20,000 nucleotides of DNA. Origin: Chromera velia. Taxonomy: Eukaryota. The notes beneath the pieces were generated by a model. That model had not been told where the DNA came from, searched no databases, and was given only the letters and a program-made list of their open reading frames with translations. Positions 19,078-20,000 of this stretch are shown piece by piece (positions within the stretch are counted from its first letter, which is position 1; every line of letters begins with the position of its first letter). The position numbers and the translations under genes were made by a program. The DNA lies in NCBI GenBank assembly GCA_018398765.1, contig JAHBMJ010000124.1, positions 116,564-136,563 of the forward strand, given 5' to 3'.

Positions 19078-19923
19078 CAAGAAGACTACACAGAACAGAT
19101 GAGAATAGCTGAAGCCCTGTTGCAGACGACGCCCCTGGAACCATTGCGTCTCTACGCCTTTATACGTGCGTTCTGAGACTCCGGACTGTTGTGCCTTTTC
19201 ACTCCTTCTCTTGCAGGGGCTTGGAATCCTTTGAGTATCTCCTGATCTGGGCTTGCCTGTGCAATCATTGTACTACATTGTACAGTCTGGTTTGCACAGT
19301 TACCTTTCTTTCTTTTCTTTGCACATCATGTATGCATATCGCTTTCTTTGCATCATATATGATGACAATGATGCTTGCCAGGCTTTCTTCGTCTTTCCTG
19401 GCCTTCTTTAAGTGACGAAATATCCTAAGACGCTATATATTTAAAAAGGCTGTTAACGGGCGCCTGAATGAGAAGTTAGGACAACTAGTTGTGACCAGTT
19501 GTATGTGGGTGTATATGGGCGCCTTTAGGCACGCTTTATCACGTTTTTAGATGACACGTCTACCTCGAGTAGTCTTATAAAGCTACTAAAAGCTACTTAA
19601 AGCAGTCCGCGTGTGATCCTAGGTGTGATCGCGTGTGCATCGACCCGGCGTATACATCCTAAATTCAGTCGATCATAAATTTAATACAAACATAAATTAA
19701 GCTAGAAATTCAGTTTTGAAAATTAATCTATATAATTAACTTACTTCAGATAAAAATATATAATTGTAAAAGGAACAAAACACAATGCTAGGGATCAACG
19801 CTAAAAACATTTTGTTCGACGCCCGTCCTCTGGATTTAACAGTTAAATTAATTTTTTCAGGTTGTTCAGCATCATTGTGGTATGAATGTTGACTCATTAA
19901 ATGAATTGCTGATCGAAATGTTC

Positions 19924-19965
19924 CTACAGGGGAAGCGCTTCGCAAGCCTGGTCTACCAATGAGGG
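19924..19965 (-). other. Possible terminal exon of a neighbouring minus-strand gene
   Basis: Pyrimidine tract + TGCAG acceptor at 19966-20000 (minus strand), followed by AT-rich UTR-like DNA. Phase 0 reads PSLVDQACEALPL*; the true frame is unknown. Confidence 0.3.
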
Positions 19966-20000
19966 CTGCAGGAGGGGGAAAACACAATGAGAGAGAGGGG

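Overview
Eukaryotic (protist-like) genomic DNA with many introns and microsatellites; the lineage cannot be fixed from sequence alone. About 15.5 kb (1562-17075, minus strand) is one gene that I assembled by hand into 32 exons. Every intron is GT..CAG and phases are consistent across all 31 junctions (5301 nt, 1766 aa). Predicted architecture: signal peptide, Venus-flytrap (ANF-receptor/type I periplasmic-binding-like) domain with a Cys-rich insertion, a CxxCxxG Cys-repeat stalk, about 9 TM helices with motifs of the Pkd2/FLC 'TRP-like' type rather than a class C 7TM, and a long, mostly disordered cytoplasmic tail. Head-to-head with it is an intronless plus-strand gene (17804-18667, 287 aa) with CxxC and HxxC motifs and unknown function. 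The donor consensus is unusual: GTCAGT in 16/31 introns and C at +3 in 21/31. Several intronic repeats are built from splice-site-like units. Most ORFs in the supplied track are exon fragments, antisense shadows or microsatellite artefacts.
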